Below the pieces are notes generated by a model that did not search any database, was not told the DNA's origin, and worked only from the letters and a program-made list of their open reading frames with translations. A stretch of 46,931 bases of DNA from Reclinomonas americana ATCC 50394 (lineage: Eukaryota): assembly GCA_048213135.1 (NCBI GenBank), contig PS015030.1, positions 213,424 to 260,354 of the forward strand. The letters are read 5' to 3'. Positions 1 through 12,862 of the stretch are shown here, piece after piece. Position numbers and translations under genes: made by a program. Position 1 is the first letter of the stretch. Each line of letters starts with the position of its first letter.

Positions 1-3000
1 TTGCCGCGCCGCCGCCACCCACAAGCAGCACATCAACATCGACTGATCCAGTCGCGCTGTCTTGCACGCACTGCACCGTTGCCTCGTATTGGTAGTTGTG
101 ATACAGGACCGTGCCGGCGGCAGGCGACGTCATCGTAAAGGTCGGCGCTGTGAGATGTGTCAGCAAGATCCCACATGTCCATCAGCACCACCTCAGCAAC
201 TCACCAGACAAGACAAAGGCCGACGACGTGGCAGTAGGTGCAAACGAGCCACCGTCCGTTCCCGTCACTTGCAATACGTATGACACACCAGTCGGCTGCG
301 CACCGACGACAGCCGGTCCCACCGTCAACGTGGTTCCTCCAAGCGCGCACGTCACAGCTTGAGATGGCACCACCACAACAGCAGCGCCACCTCCAGCCGG
401 CAACACAGCCACACTGACGCCAGTCACCGACGGCAGGTTGCACTGCACTTGCAGTGTGATGGCGCTGACCTCAAATGCCGTCGGCGGTGTTGTCCACGGC
501 AGCTGGAGAGACGTCACACTGAACACGGACGCTGTGCACGACGAGCGGGTGAGCAGGTGCTGTTTTCTTCATTTCGTGCTCTCTCTCTTCTCTTCTCCCT
601 CTCAATATCTACTCCCACTCTCGCGCCTTCACAGTCTCTCTCATTCGCATCCCGCGTCTGCGGTTCGATGTCGTCTCGCCTTTGTATGCTCTCTATTCTC
701 GTCTGTCGTCGTCAGGCGATTCGTCCTTGCTCTCTCGCTCCCACACTCTCTCCCTCTCTATGTCCTCCCAATATCTCTCCCTTTCTCGGCCTCTCTCTCT
801 CTCTCTCTTTTGCCCTGCCTCTCTCTCTTGCTCTCCCTTTCTCCTCTCTCCTTGCTCCTCCCACTCTTCCTCACTCTCCTTGTCATCTCTTTCTCACCCC
901 TCTCCCCTCCCTCCCTTCCCCCCTTCCGCACCTGGCACCACAAACGCCGCACTTGTTCCCGCAATCATTGCGTCAGCAGCATACACCAACTGCACCGTCA
1001 GTGACGTCCCCACAGGCAACATGCTCGTGCTCCACCACAGTAAACTCTCTGTCGCCGCACTGGCGCAGCTCAGTGGCGCACCCGTCTGCAACGTCACTCC
1101 GTTCGACGCCACCACATTCACCGCCGTCACCAGCTGATGCGCACAGCGCACACCAACATTGACACGCTCCGGCCACACCGACACAATGCGCACCGCCAGC
1201 TGCCACGCGACCACCGTCACGCTGCTTGAACTCGAGCGCTTGCTGCCAGCAACAGCCGCATCACGTACCGACAGCACCACCGACCCGCCCAGAGACACCA
1301 GTGCCGACGGCGGTCGCCAATCAACGGTGATAGAGCCACTCGGACACGCCGTCGCGCCATTCACAGTGCCAATCACAATCGGTGCCGTCGACGTGGGTGC
1401 CGTCGCCTCCACCACCACACTCGTGCCAACGAGCGGATTCGCCACACAGCCGAATCGAACGCGATACAGCGTGTCCGTGCTGACAGTGCTCACCACAGTC
1501 GACATGCCGCCAGCAGTGATCACCACTGGTACCGATGTGAACGTGTCTGCAACGGCACCCACTTGGCCGACGGCACTCACCGCACCGCTCGCACCAAACA
1601 CGAGTGCACTGTGCATCACCTCAATCGACACTGTGTACCCGCCAGCCGCCGCACCGCCCATGGCCAACGACGCACGCGCCACAGTCCAGCTCAGCGCCGT
1701 CGACGCACACGCCGCGGTCGACGACGACGCCACTCGTGCCACCTCCACCGTATCCGCCGCATTCGCACTGCCTGTCACCGATACCAGCAGCCGCACGGAG
1801 CCGCCAGGCACATTGCACGTGTACGGCACCGAGTACGTGTAGCCCTCGTACACAGTGCTCGGAAACATGCCGCCCGTCGGAGTCGCACTCGCCGTCAGCA
1901 CCTGCATCACGGACGACTGGCCCGCTGCGCCGGCATAGCCCGTCTGTTGCACTGACACCCGCGTGTTGTTCGATCCGCTCAGACTGCTGTTCACCGTCCA
2001 CTGCGTCGTGTTCTCCACCGCCAAGTTGCCACACGTCGACGACACACCGGTCCCCACCGTTATCGTTCCATTCACCGTCACGTCGACGCTGCTGGTTGCT
2101 GCTCGTGCACACCGCCACCCAATCGTGTACTGCACGCCCACAAACACCACACCACTGTGACCCGTCGGCACCACCACTCGAACACCCGTCACATCCATCG
2201 TGGGCAACGAAAACATCGCACTCGACGACCGACTCGTCAGTCGCGGCAAGTCGGCCACATCCAGCGCCAGATCAACGGCCCCCGATAACGACACACTCGG
2301 CTGCCACACATACGTCTGGCTGGCGGCACTCGGCCCGCACGTGGCAGCCACATTGCTGCCAATCACCGTTTCGGCACTCGCACTGGTCGCCGTCCGAACC
2401 GACACTTGCACGGCCGAGACAAGTGCGTTTCTACACGTGAACACGAGGCTGACACTGTCCGCTGACGCCACCGACACCGAGTTGACCACAATGCTGCTGA
2501 GGGACGACCCGAATGCAGACGATGTGCGGCTCAGCGACAGTCCGTCCACATCAATCAGCTGCACTTGCAGTTGATACGTGCCCGCAGCAGCCTCGTCCAT
2601 CCCCACCGCCACCCACACTCGCGAGTTGAGCGTGGCGCCTGCGTCACACCGAGCCGGATAGGCTTCAAGAACAGCGCGCACGTTGCTGCTGTCACTCACA
2701 CGCTGCACAGTCACCGCCACTCGAGCATTCACATCGCGTGACCAGCACCGCCATCGAAGAGTGTACTCGAAGCCGCGGAACACCATGCTTGGAATGCTGC
2801 TGCCATCGATCGTCAAGTCCTCTGCGGGGAAAAGAGAGAACGTGAGCACACCTCCAATTCGGAAGACTGTCGCAAGCTCGCATTTCTTGTCTCTCTCTCT
2901 CTCTCCAAATAACGCACCAATCGCAATGGTTCCGGCTGATGTGTACGGTGATGTCGACGAGAAGCGGACGCACACAAGAAGCCCGTTGATCGCGGCCAAC

Positions 3001-6000
3001 CCGTTCAAGCCAAGCACAAACGAGATGCGAGTACTCGACACAAATGTCACACTGCTCGGCACGCGAGTCCACGCATCCGCCAGGTTGATCGGAGAGCACG
3101 ACCGCGCAACAACAACCGCCTGCGCATCTCCACCGGCTGTGAGGTCCGTGAACGACTGACCGTTGATGCTGAACGACTGCTGCGACCCAACGCCGCCAAT
3201 GCTGACAGCAGCAGGTGACACGGACGAGAACCCAGCTGTGCACATCAAAGAACACACACATGTATCCACACAAGTGAGTCGATTGATCATTCGGCCAAAG
3301 AAAAAACACCACGATACGAACCCACGTCAAGTGTGCCGACGCTGGAAAACGGCGCTCCTGTTCCCCATGATGCACATATCTGGTACGTGCCAGACACGCT
3401 GCTCAGTCCCAGATACGGAACACCCAGACTGATACTATTGTTCGTGATGGCTGTCGCCGTGAGCGTGGCCACAGACGGTCCACTGGCACACGAGGCACGA
3501 AGCACAAAAGATGTCGTCGACTGGCTGCCCACGTAACCCCCGCCACCAGTTAATGTCACTATGCCCGGCGTCAGATCTCGCAGCACCATTGCTGGGCTTG
3601 TAGTGGTCGACGACACAGAGTAAATGCCGAGTGGCGCCAACATTGACGGAGGTTGATTGGGAATCTGGGTGCACAAGTAGTACATGCCGCCAGTCTGGCC
3701 ACTTCCGTTCACCGTCAACGACGCGGTAGTTGACGTGACTGACCCAACAGTCACTCCCACGGTCGTCGGTACCATACATGCGCTGTCCGATGTCACGAAC
3801 ACAATTAGCGTGCCACCAAACCCGCTGCCATTCAGCACCTCCGTCTGCCCAGCGAGAGCCGGAATCGCCGTTGGCGACACCCCAGTAACAACAAACACGC
3901 CAATCTGGCCTGCATCCACATATCCGAGGGTCGGCCACAATCGCACACACAGTCGATAGACACCAGTCGACACGCCGGTGGCATCGAAGCCAAACACCGA
4001 CTGCGTGGTGCTGGCCGACGACAGAGATGTCGTGTACCTCACAGCGGAAATGTCGGCGTTGCTACAAGTCGGGTTGGACGCAGCATCCACCACCAATGCC
4101 ACTGGGTCTGTCGGCACCGTGCGTGCACCAGGCGGTAGCAAGCCAGTTCCCGACACACGAAGTTGGTGTGTCACACCGACGCCGGCCAGAATCGAACTGG
4201 GAACGAGCGAAGAAAATGATGCTGCTCACACACACACACATCATTTCACACCGTGAGACGCACAAGCAAACTGAAGGAAACGAGAGCATGTGCACTCACC
4301 CACGGTGACACCAGCCGAGTACGTATCCTCATACGGAACACCAGAGGCGGCAGAAGCACGCATGCACACGCGATACACGCCACCCGTCGACGATCCACTC
4401 GGCAGCACTGTCACTCTCATGGCTGTCGAACCCGTCACTGAATCGACTGTCCCACCCACACCCGCTGTCGTGTCCGCGCTAACACTGCACGAGCCGCTGG
4501 TCAACACCAGCATGCGCGTCACTGCCTGCAGCGACGCCAAGAAGCCACCACCCGAGATCTGCAGCTGCGTGCTGTACCCCGCGGGAAAAATCGGCGGCGT
4601 GATGCTTGAGACAGAAGCCAGCGCCAAGGCGCCAGCACTCTCGTATGTCGCACCAGTCGCCCACCGAATGCCTGTGCGCAAACACCCGGGCGTGAGAACG
4701 ATGAAAGTGACACTCAAGCTGATGAACTGCATATTCTTCTCTCTTCGCTCCCCCAAACTCACACAGCTGATAGTTTCCAGCTGGCGTCGTCGCCGATGCA
4801 CTAACGACGCTGGTTGTCAACGTCTGCGCGTCCACATACTGAGTCGACTGTGTCGACGTTGACATGACTGCTGTCGGTGCCGCGGCCGCACACGACGACG
4901 ATACCACAAACAGGGAAGCGTCGCTGGCCAATGATGCCGCAAATCCACCACCTCCAACTTGCACCGTGTGACTGTGAGACGAAGTGGCATCATGAGATCC
5001 AAATTCGCCATCTTGGGTACATCACTCTTCAGCAAACTCACGAGTTGCTGGCATTGATGAAGATTAGAGCCGGTGTCACAGAGGTTNNNNNNNNNNNNNN
5101 NNNNNNNNNNNNNNNNNNNNNNNNNNNNNNNNNNNNNNNNNNNNNNNNNNNNNNNNNNNNNNNNNNNNNNNNNNNNNNNNNNNNNNNNNNNNNNNNNNNN
5201 NNNNNNNNNNNNNNNNNNNNNNNNNNNNNNNNNNNNNNNNNNNNNNNNNNNNNNNNNNNNNNNNNNNNNNNNNNNNNNNNNNNNNNNNNNNNNNNNNNNN
5301 NNNNNNNNNNNNNNNNNNNNNNNNNNNNNNNNNNNNNNNNNNNNNNNNNNNNNNNNNNNNNNNNNNNNNNNNNNNNNNNNNNNNNNNNNNNNNNNNNNNN
5401 NNNNNNGACACGGCAAACGTGCAGGTACATACCACACACATACACGTATCCGCTGCTCGCATCGTATGTGATTGCGGTCTGCACAGGAGGACGGGATAAT
5501 GAGATCAGAGAGGCAGAGGTCTACGAAAGAGAGAGAGAGAGAAACAGACAGTACCGGATTGTTGAAGCGAGCCGAAGTCGTCGATCCATCCGTAAACCCA
5601 TTGTCTCCAGCAATGCCAGCCAGAGTCGATGTCACACCAGCTGATGTGATCAGTCGAATCAAATGGTTGCTCGTCTGCCAGATGCACACACCACGTGTGA
5701 GGTCAGCATGCGCCAGATAACGGAGAGAAGAGTACCTCCTCAAACCAAGCACGCAACATCAGCCACATACACATTGTATGTCGCAACGTCCACAAAGACG
5801 CCTGATGGCGAGCGAAACTTGGCCGTTCCTCGTGCGCCATCAGTGGACCCAAGACTCCCCTTCACACCAGCAAATGTGCTGACCAGATTTGTGCTGAAGT
5901 CGATCTGTCGAATGGCATGATTGCTACGGTCGGCGATGAACAGAAGCAGCCGAGTCGCGTCGTAGTAGAGGCCGTAAGGTCCATTGAAGCGAGCTGCTGT

Positions 6001-9000
6001 GCTGTTGCCATCCGCCGTGCCAGACACTCCCACAGCGCCGAATATGCGTGTCACCACGCCAGCGTACGTCACAGTGCTGCAGCGTGCACACGCGTCAGAG
6101 AAGCACGTGCCATGAATGACTGACAATATCGTGTGCACACCGAATCGTGTGATTGCCGGTGTCACTGACAAAGAGCACTTGGTTACCGGCGTCGATGCCG
6201 ATACCTCCAGGACTTGTGAACGCTGCCGCAGTGCCCGTACCATCTGCACTACCTGGCGACGCAGGCTGTCCCGCAACAGTGGTGACAACACCGCCAGACG
6301 TGATCTGCCGGATAATGTGATTTCCCGTCTGCGAAATACCACGAGTCACAGATGTCAGTCGTCTTACAAGCGGCGCACACCGTTGAGAGAGCGAAAAGGC
6401 AACGAACATCTGCCACATAGACATTGCCGGTGCTAGTATCCATTGTAACATCACGAGGACTGCATAAAACAGCGACGTGTGAGGTGCACTGACTTTCGAC
6501 GCACGGCATTGCACAAGAGTCCAACTCACTTGTTGAAGCGAGACGCCGTGTTTGTACCGTCCAGGTAGCCACGAACGCCAACAAGGCCAGCAAACGCCGT
6601 CACCACAGCGCCAGTGGTCATGCGACGAATGACCAAATTGCTGCGCGGTCATGCATTAGAAGGACGAAACACACACATACACACACACACACACACACGC
6701 ACACACGGAAATACTTCGCACCTCGTGTCAACCACATAGAACGTGGATGCACCGTCAAAAACGATGCCCTACATCGTTAAATCACAATGAAAGTCAGCAG
6801 ACGGACAATGCAGACTACCAACGCATACCAAGAATCACACCTGCGGGTTCTGGAATCGTGCAGAGGTGCCAGTTCCAAGTGATGACCCCTGCGAGCCCGG
6901 CGTTCCAGCAAACACCGCTACATTCGACGAGAAGTTGACCACATTGGTGGTGTACTCGAAGCCAGTGGTCAGTGTGCCAAGACCAAGTGTGTCAACTGAC
7001 CCACTCAACACGGCTGTGCTGTCGGTGATGCTGCTCACGCTCACCGTTGTCGTCTGCTGCGCAGCCACCGACCGCACAGTAAAACCAAATACACTACTCG
7101 AAGCCGTGATGCCGGCACTAGTGGCCATTGCTTGCACAAAGTACGTGCTGTTCAACGGCAGTCCAGTCAGTGTTGCGGTGACCGTCACGGTTCCCGTGCC
7201 AGTGATTCCAGTCGGTGTCGCAGTAACCGTGTCGGACGTGGGCACCAGCACCTCGCGGATCTGATTGTTGAAACTGAGCGCGTAGGACAAACAAGTGAGC
7301 GCAAGAAAAATGAGAGACACAAATGAATGGAGCAACGAGAAGAATGACTCACGTGTCTGCGATAACAACATTGCCGGTGCTATCCGTCGTCACACCAAAT
7401 GGATAGTAAAAGCGACCACTTGCAATTGGGCCGTTGGTCGCCGCCGGATTAGTGGTACCGGTGTAAGAAGTCACGACGGCCCCCGGAACGGTGACACGCC
7501 GAATCTGATGGTTGCCGGGGTCGGCAACGTACATCGCGTCATCAGTTGTCGTCAGTGCCAGGCCAACTGGTCCCTGGAACCTCGCCGATGTACCAGTGGC
7601 ATTGGTAGACCCGGCAGTGGTCGACCCGGCAAATGTCGTCACAACACCGGCCGACGTGATGGCGCGCAGCTGCCGATTGCCCGTATCGGCCACATACAAC
7701 ACGCTGCTCGGCTGGTGGAACACAACGCCAGAGGGCGCTGTATGGGACGAACGCGGTGAGTGACGGAGAACGGGAGACAGACGGAAGCAAATGACAACTC
7801 AACTATTGAACCTGGCCGCCGTGCCAGTGGCATTTGTGGTGCCAGATACACCCGCACCACCCGCAAACGTGGACACCGACAGCGTCGCAACGTCGATCTT
7901 GCGAATCGTGTGCGACAAAGTATCCGCCACGTATAACGTAGTCACTGCGTCGTCAACTGCCACATCGCGTGGTCCATTGAAGCTGCCCGGTGTGCCGTCA
8001 GCCGTGCCTGGTGTGTCAGGTGTGCCAGCTATCGTGGTCACCACGCCAGCCAACGTGATCTGCCGTTGTATGCGTGTGTCAGCAGGACGGCAAAACCCAA
8101 TCAAGATCACAAATGAACGCGTAACTCGACGAATGGTGTGCGACCCCGAATCCGCCACATATATCACATCATTTGCGTCGATGCAGATGCCTTGCGGGCC
8201 GTTGAACCGCGCGCTGGTACCAACAGCGTTGTCAGTGCTTCCAGGCGTGAGCGCCAAACCGGCGAAGGTGGTCACGGCACCCACGGAAGTCACTCGACGG
8301 ATGGTGTGGTTTTGCGTCTGTAGACGGTGAAGAGAATCATGAGCCGATATGAGAGCGGACACTCGCACAGGGTGGAGCGACGCAACGTCAGCCACGTATG
8401 CATTGCCGGAGGAATCGCACGCCACATCCGTGGGGAAGTTGAAGCGCGCGGTGGTACCGGAGGCATCAACTGCACCGGCATTCGAAATCTTGCCGGCGAG
8501 CGACGAGACGGTCAGCGTGGCCACATCAACCTTGCGAATGTTGTTGTTGCCCGAGTCGGCAACGTACATATTGCCACTGCCGTCAAAGGTGATGCCGCGA
8601 GGTGTGTAGAAGCGAGCACTAGTACCGACGCCGTCTTGGAAGCCGAATGCCACGTTGGTTCCTGCCTCCCGCAAAATACGACAAGAAAGACACGAGGCAT
8701 CATTCAGTACAGACATTGGTTTCCAGTGAGAAACTCCACCAACGTACCGAGAATAGTTGCGGTCGTGAGAGTGTTCGTGTCCAGAGTACGAATGGTCTGA
8801 TTGCTCGATTCGCTATAGTACAGTACGCCATTGTACAGGCAGAAATTGGTGCCGCCATTCAGTCGTGCAGCGGTGCCGGTACCGTCGGTGGTGCCGCCAT
8901 TGCCCATCAAACCGATAACCGTGGTCACAACGCCGGCCATCGTGACCTGTCGCGGAGATATGAGGCAACACCAGAACGACGGTGGAGGTAGGAAAGCGAG

Positions 9001-11579
9001 AGAGAGCGAGAGAAGGGTGGAGGATGGGGGAGAGATATCATCGCATCTCACCTTGCGAACGACACGATTCGACACGTCCAGCACCCAAACCACGTTATTG
9101 GCAGCGTCATATGCCACATCCCAAGGCTACAGCACACCCCAGTGAGTGAGCTCTTCCCAGAAAAAAACACATCACCCTCCGTCTCCGCGGTGTACTCACA
9201 GCGTTGAAAAGCGCCGCACTTCCAGTACCGTCCGATTGGCCGGCTGTACCAGCTGTTCCTGCGAGCGTGGTGACCACGGCGCTGGGGGAGACCAATCGAA
9301 TGGTGTTGCTGTCGGTCTGCATGAACGGGCGACAGGGTGTGAGCATGTGAGAGACGTCGACAAGAAGAACAAGACCACGCAACATCAGCCACAATCGCAC
9401 TGCCATCGACTGTGTATATGTCGAGGCCACTTGGGTTCTGTGCGAAGCAATGTAGAGTGAGAATTTGATGATGATCTTGAGCATTTGCGCTGCATCATCA
9501 TACCTGAAATCGAGCAGCCGTGCCCGTGCCGTCCACAGTGCCGGCGGTGCCAGCGAGACCAGCGACTGAAGTGACAACGGCTGACGTGGAGATTGAGCGG
9601 ATAGTCGAGTTGCCCGACTGCATGCACGAGAGGGGGAAAGAGGTGAGAAAGGAAGGGGAATGCGTGACGAGACACAGCGAATGACACAGCTCGAAAACAC
9701 ATGCCGCGGATTGGAATAAGATGCACACATGCACACACGACATGTGTTGATTATCGCACGCAACATCGGCAACCCACAGAGTGCCACTCGCATCCACCAC
9801 AATGTCACGAGGAGCGTTGAACCGTGCCGCTGCATCACCATGACATGGGTCACAACACAGCTCACTGCGCAAGCACAGCGCGAGAGAGAAACGAACCGGT
9901 GCCTGTGCCATCGGTAGAACCGGCTGAGCTGCTCGTAGAACCAGCAAATGTTGTCACCACGCCGGCGGCCGTCACTTGGCGGATGGAGTTGCTGAATCTG
10001 TGGCGTGAAAGAGAGAGAGGGCTGCTTTCAGCATGACAGCGACGAGAGAGAGGGAGACAGAGAGAGAGAGACAGAGAGAGAGAGAGAAGCGTAACAATGC
10101 AGTCTCACATATCTGCACACCACACACACGTGTCCTTACAGAGAGAGAAAGAGGCATACAAAGGCAGCCCACCAGCACGTTGATTTCCTCTCATTGTTGC
10201 GAGGCCACAAAGAATACAGTGAAGAGACGGGACAGCGCAGAAGGGACGGACATCGAAGCACNNNNNNNNNNNNNNNNNNNNNNNNNNNNNNNNNNNNNNN
10301 NNNNNNNNNNNNNNNNNNNNNNNNNNNNNNNNNNNNNNNNNNNNNNNNNNNNNNNNNNNNNNNNNNNNNNNNNNNNNNNNNNNNNNNNNNNNNNNNNNNN
10401 NNNNNNNNNNNNNNNNNNNNNNNNNNNNNNNNNNNNNNNNNNNNNNNNNNNNNNNNNNNNNNNNNNNNNNNNNNNNNNNNNNNNNNNNNNNNNNNNNNNN
10501 NNNNNNNNNNNNNNNNNNNNNNNNNNNNNNNNNNNNNNNNNNNNNNNNNNNNNNNNNNNNNNNNNNNNNNNNNNNNNNNNNNNNNNNNNNNNNNNNNNNN
10601 NNNNNNNNNNNNNNNNNNNNNNNNNNNNNNNNNNNNNNNNNNNNAGAGAGAGAGAGAGAGAGCAGCCTCGCGTCTTCGATGGACAGTGCCTCAAGCATAC
10701 GATAGCGAGAGGGGAAACGAGCACAGAAGAGGGTGCGCGTGAGACAGAGAGAGAGAGAGAGAGAGTACGGATGGAGGAGAGAGCGAGCGAGAGACAAGCA
10801 GCTTAACACAGGTGCTTGCTGAAGAAGAGCACCCGAAACACAAGCAGCGAGACCAGGAAGACCAACGCAAGAAAGGCGCAGCTCACCGATCGGCCACATA
10901 GATGACTCCTGCCGACGTCGACGTGATGCCCAACAATCCGTTGAACGTCGCCACTGTGGCAGCTCCATTCGTCTGCCCGCCCGTCTGCGCCTGTCCCGCC
11001 AGCGACACCACCGTCGACGAGTACGCACTCTGATCTGTCGCATACTGAAACGTGACAGTCGTCGCTGCGCCTCCATTCGCACTCGCGAACGCCGTAAAGA
11101 GGACAGATCCATTTTGCACGTTGGCCATCGGCGTGTTGAGCACAGTCGCCGATTGCGCATTGGCGAGGAGAATGAATGATGATGATGATGATGATGATGA
11201 CAATGCGATGAGACACAGTGAAATTAAGATGACCAATGTCGTGATTGCGATGGAGACTGCTCTTGCACTCCGTCTGTGTGAGTGGAGGAAAGAGAGAGCG
11301 AGTGTGTGCAAGTGAGTGAGTGAACACACATAGATATTGTCTAACTATCGCACACACCGTCTTGTGTGCGCACTCATGGTGTAAGCACGAAAGCACACGT
11401 GCACGAGCACAAACAGGAAGGCTATGTGTCGCCGCGAAGCCAAGGAGTGTGTGCGTGTGTGAGTGTGAAAAATTCGGACAAATTGGTGGGACCAGGTGCG
11501 CACACAGCGACGTTCTGTTGTGCATGCAGAACAAGAGGGCACACCCGGCAAGCGAGTGTTGTGAGCAAGGGCTTTGCAT
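1..11579 (-). CDS. Large secreted/cell-surface multidomain protein, 3'-partial (runs off the window start): signal peptide, [split FN3 + 12 NHL repeats], [split FN3 + 6 NHL repeats], several IPT/TIG-like repeats with paired Cys, then Ser/Thr/Val-rich Ig-like repeats; about 30 introns
   Basis: Exons join in frame across GT-AG introns. N-terminus ITTLVILISLCLIAL...LLANAQ; repeats of the form YVAD-xxNHTIRxxT-xxGVVTTxAG-xxG-xxDG-xGT-xARFNxPxG (NHL); long ORFs 894-3290, 3287-4174 and 4241-4801. The start at 11579 (exon 11579-11545, phase-2 join to the acceptor near 11274) is tentative. Gaps 5086-5406 and 10262-10644 lie inside the gene. Confidence 0.85.
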
Positions 11580-11714
11580 GATTGCAGCGAAAGTCGCGGG
11601 TTAATTTCGAATGTGAACGCAAAGATACGGACTCTCCTGGTGGCGGCCATCGCTCACGGGAGAGCTCGAGTGCTTTTGGGGGCGCCTCGCTGTGAGCGCA
11701 GTGCAAGCATGCAA

Positions 11715-12325
11715 CTATCCTCTGTCGGCTTCGCTGGTTGCTGCAACGAGTGACCGGACACACAGCTGCAGTGCACTAGTGAGCTGCATGATGTCTGTCG
11801 CGTCGTACTCCCGACGGGCGAGGACTACGAAAGAACCGACTGGAGAGCCATATGCACTCTTCAAGAACACTAACCACTGCACAGCTGCAGCATGAANNNN
11901 NNNNNNNNNNNNNNNNNNNNNNNNNNNNNNNNNNNNNNNNNNNNNNNNNNNNNNNNNNNNNNNNNNNNNNNNNNNNNNNNNNNNNNNNNNNNNNNNNNNN
12001 NNNNNNNNNNNNNNNNNNNNNNNNNNNNNNNNNNNNNNNNNNNNNNNNNNNNNNNNNNNNNNNNNNNNNNNNNNNNNNNNNNTCTTCACACACACACACG
12101 CACCGCGTACATCAGCTTGATGAGCGAGTCGAGGTTGTCTTGGATGAGTTGCATGCCCAGTGTCAACTCTTGTTCCTCCTCCTCCTCCTCCTCGAGCTCG
12201 TCGGGATTCGCCTCTCGCACGATCCTCGGCCTGCCCCTTGGCCTCTTCACTGGAGGCTCCTCGTCGAGAGTCTCCATTGACTCAAAGGTTGGTGACTTCG
12301 AGCGCTTCCTTCCTTTCGGCGGCAT
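11715..12325 (-). CDS. Small AT-hook-containing nuclear protein (at least 2 exons, about 125 aa)
   Basis: MPPKGRKRSKS...PPVKRPRGRPR (canonical AT-hook core RGRP) and a poly-E tract; GTGCGT donor at 12103; after an N-gap an in-frame exon WLVFLKSAYG...EADRG* ends at 11715. Confidence 0.55.
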
Positions 12326-12862
12326 TGTTTGCACACAAAAGAAAAAAGTGTAATGTGAGAAAGTCTGATCAACTGAATGAATTATGAATTATTTTATGAA
12401 TTGTTTAGTTTGTTTTATTATTATTAACATATGATCAGTGTGCGAAGCACATAGCCGTCGTTCTCCGCAAAAATAAAAAAAAATCAAGCTGGGTTGAAGC
12501 GTCTGAGTTCGTTTGCGGTCAAATCCAATTGCGGTCGTAATTGTTCCGACGTTGAAGAAACTGCTTCCCGGAGTGAAGTCCACGGCCAAACAACCCTATG
12601 GCAAGTCATATTTGGCCTCCATATGCGAGGGCATTTTGAGGATGTGAAGAGCAGCGACGTCGAGACTTTGACGCGAAGTCGAAGTCGGAAGAACTCCATC
12701 TCGTATGCACACCCACGTCAGATCGTCTCCTTGATCATGTACATAGCAATACGTAGAACGCAGGCAGTCAGACACTGGAGGAGGAGGACAAGGAGATCGA
12801 GAAGACTAGCAGGGCGCTGCGGCATAGAATGGCCACGATCTAAATAGCCAGAAGCGCGGGAC

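Noticed and set aside
1159-3159. Long plus-strand Thr/Ala-rich ORFs
   Set aside because: Antisense shadows of the GC-rich minus-strand CDS.
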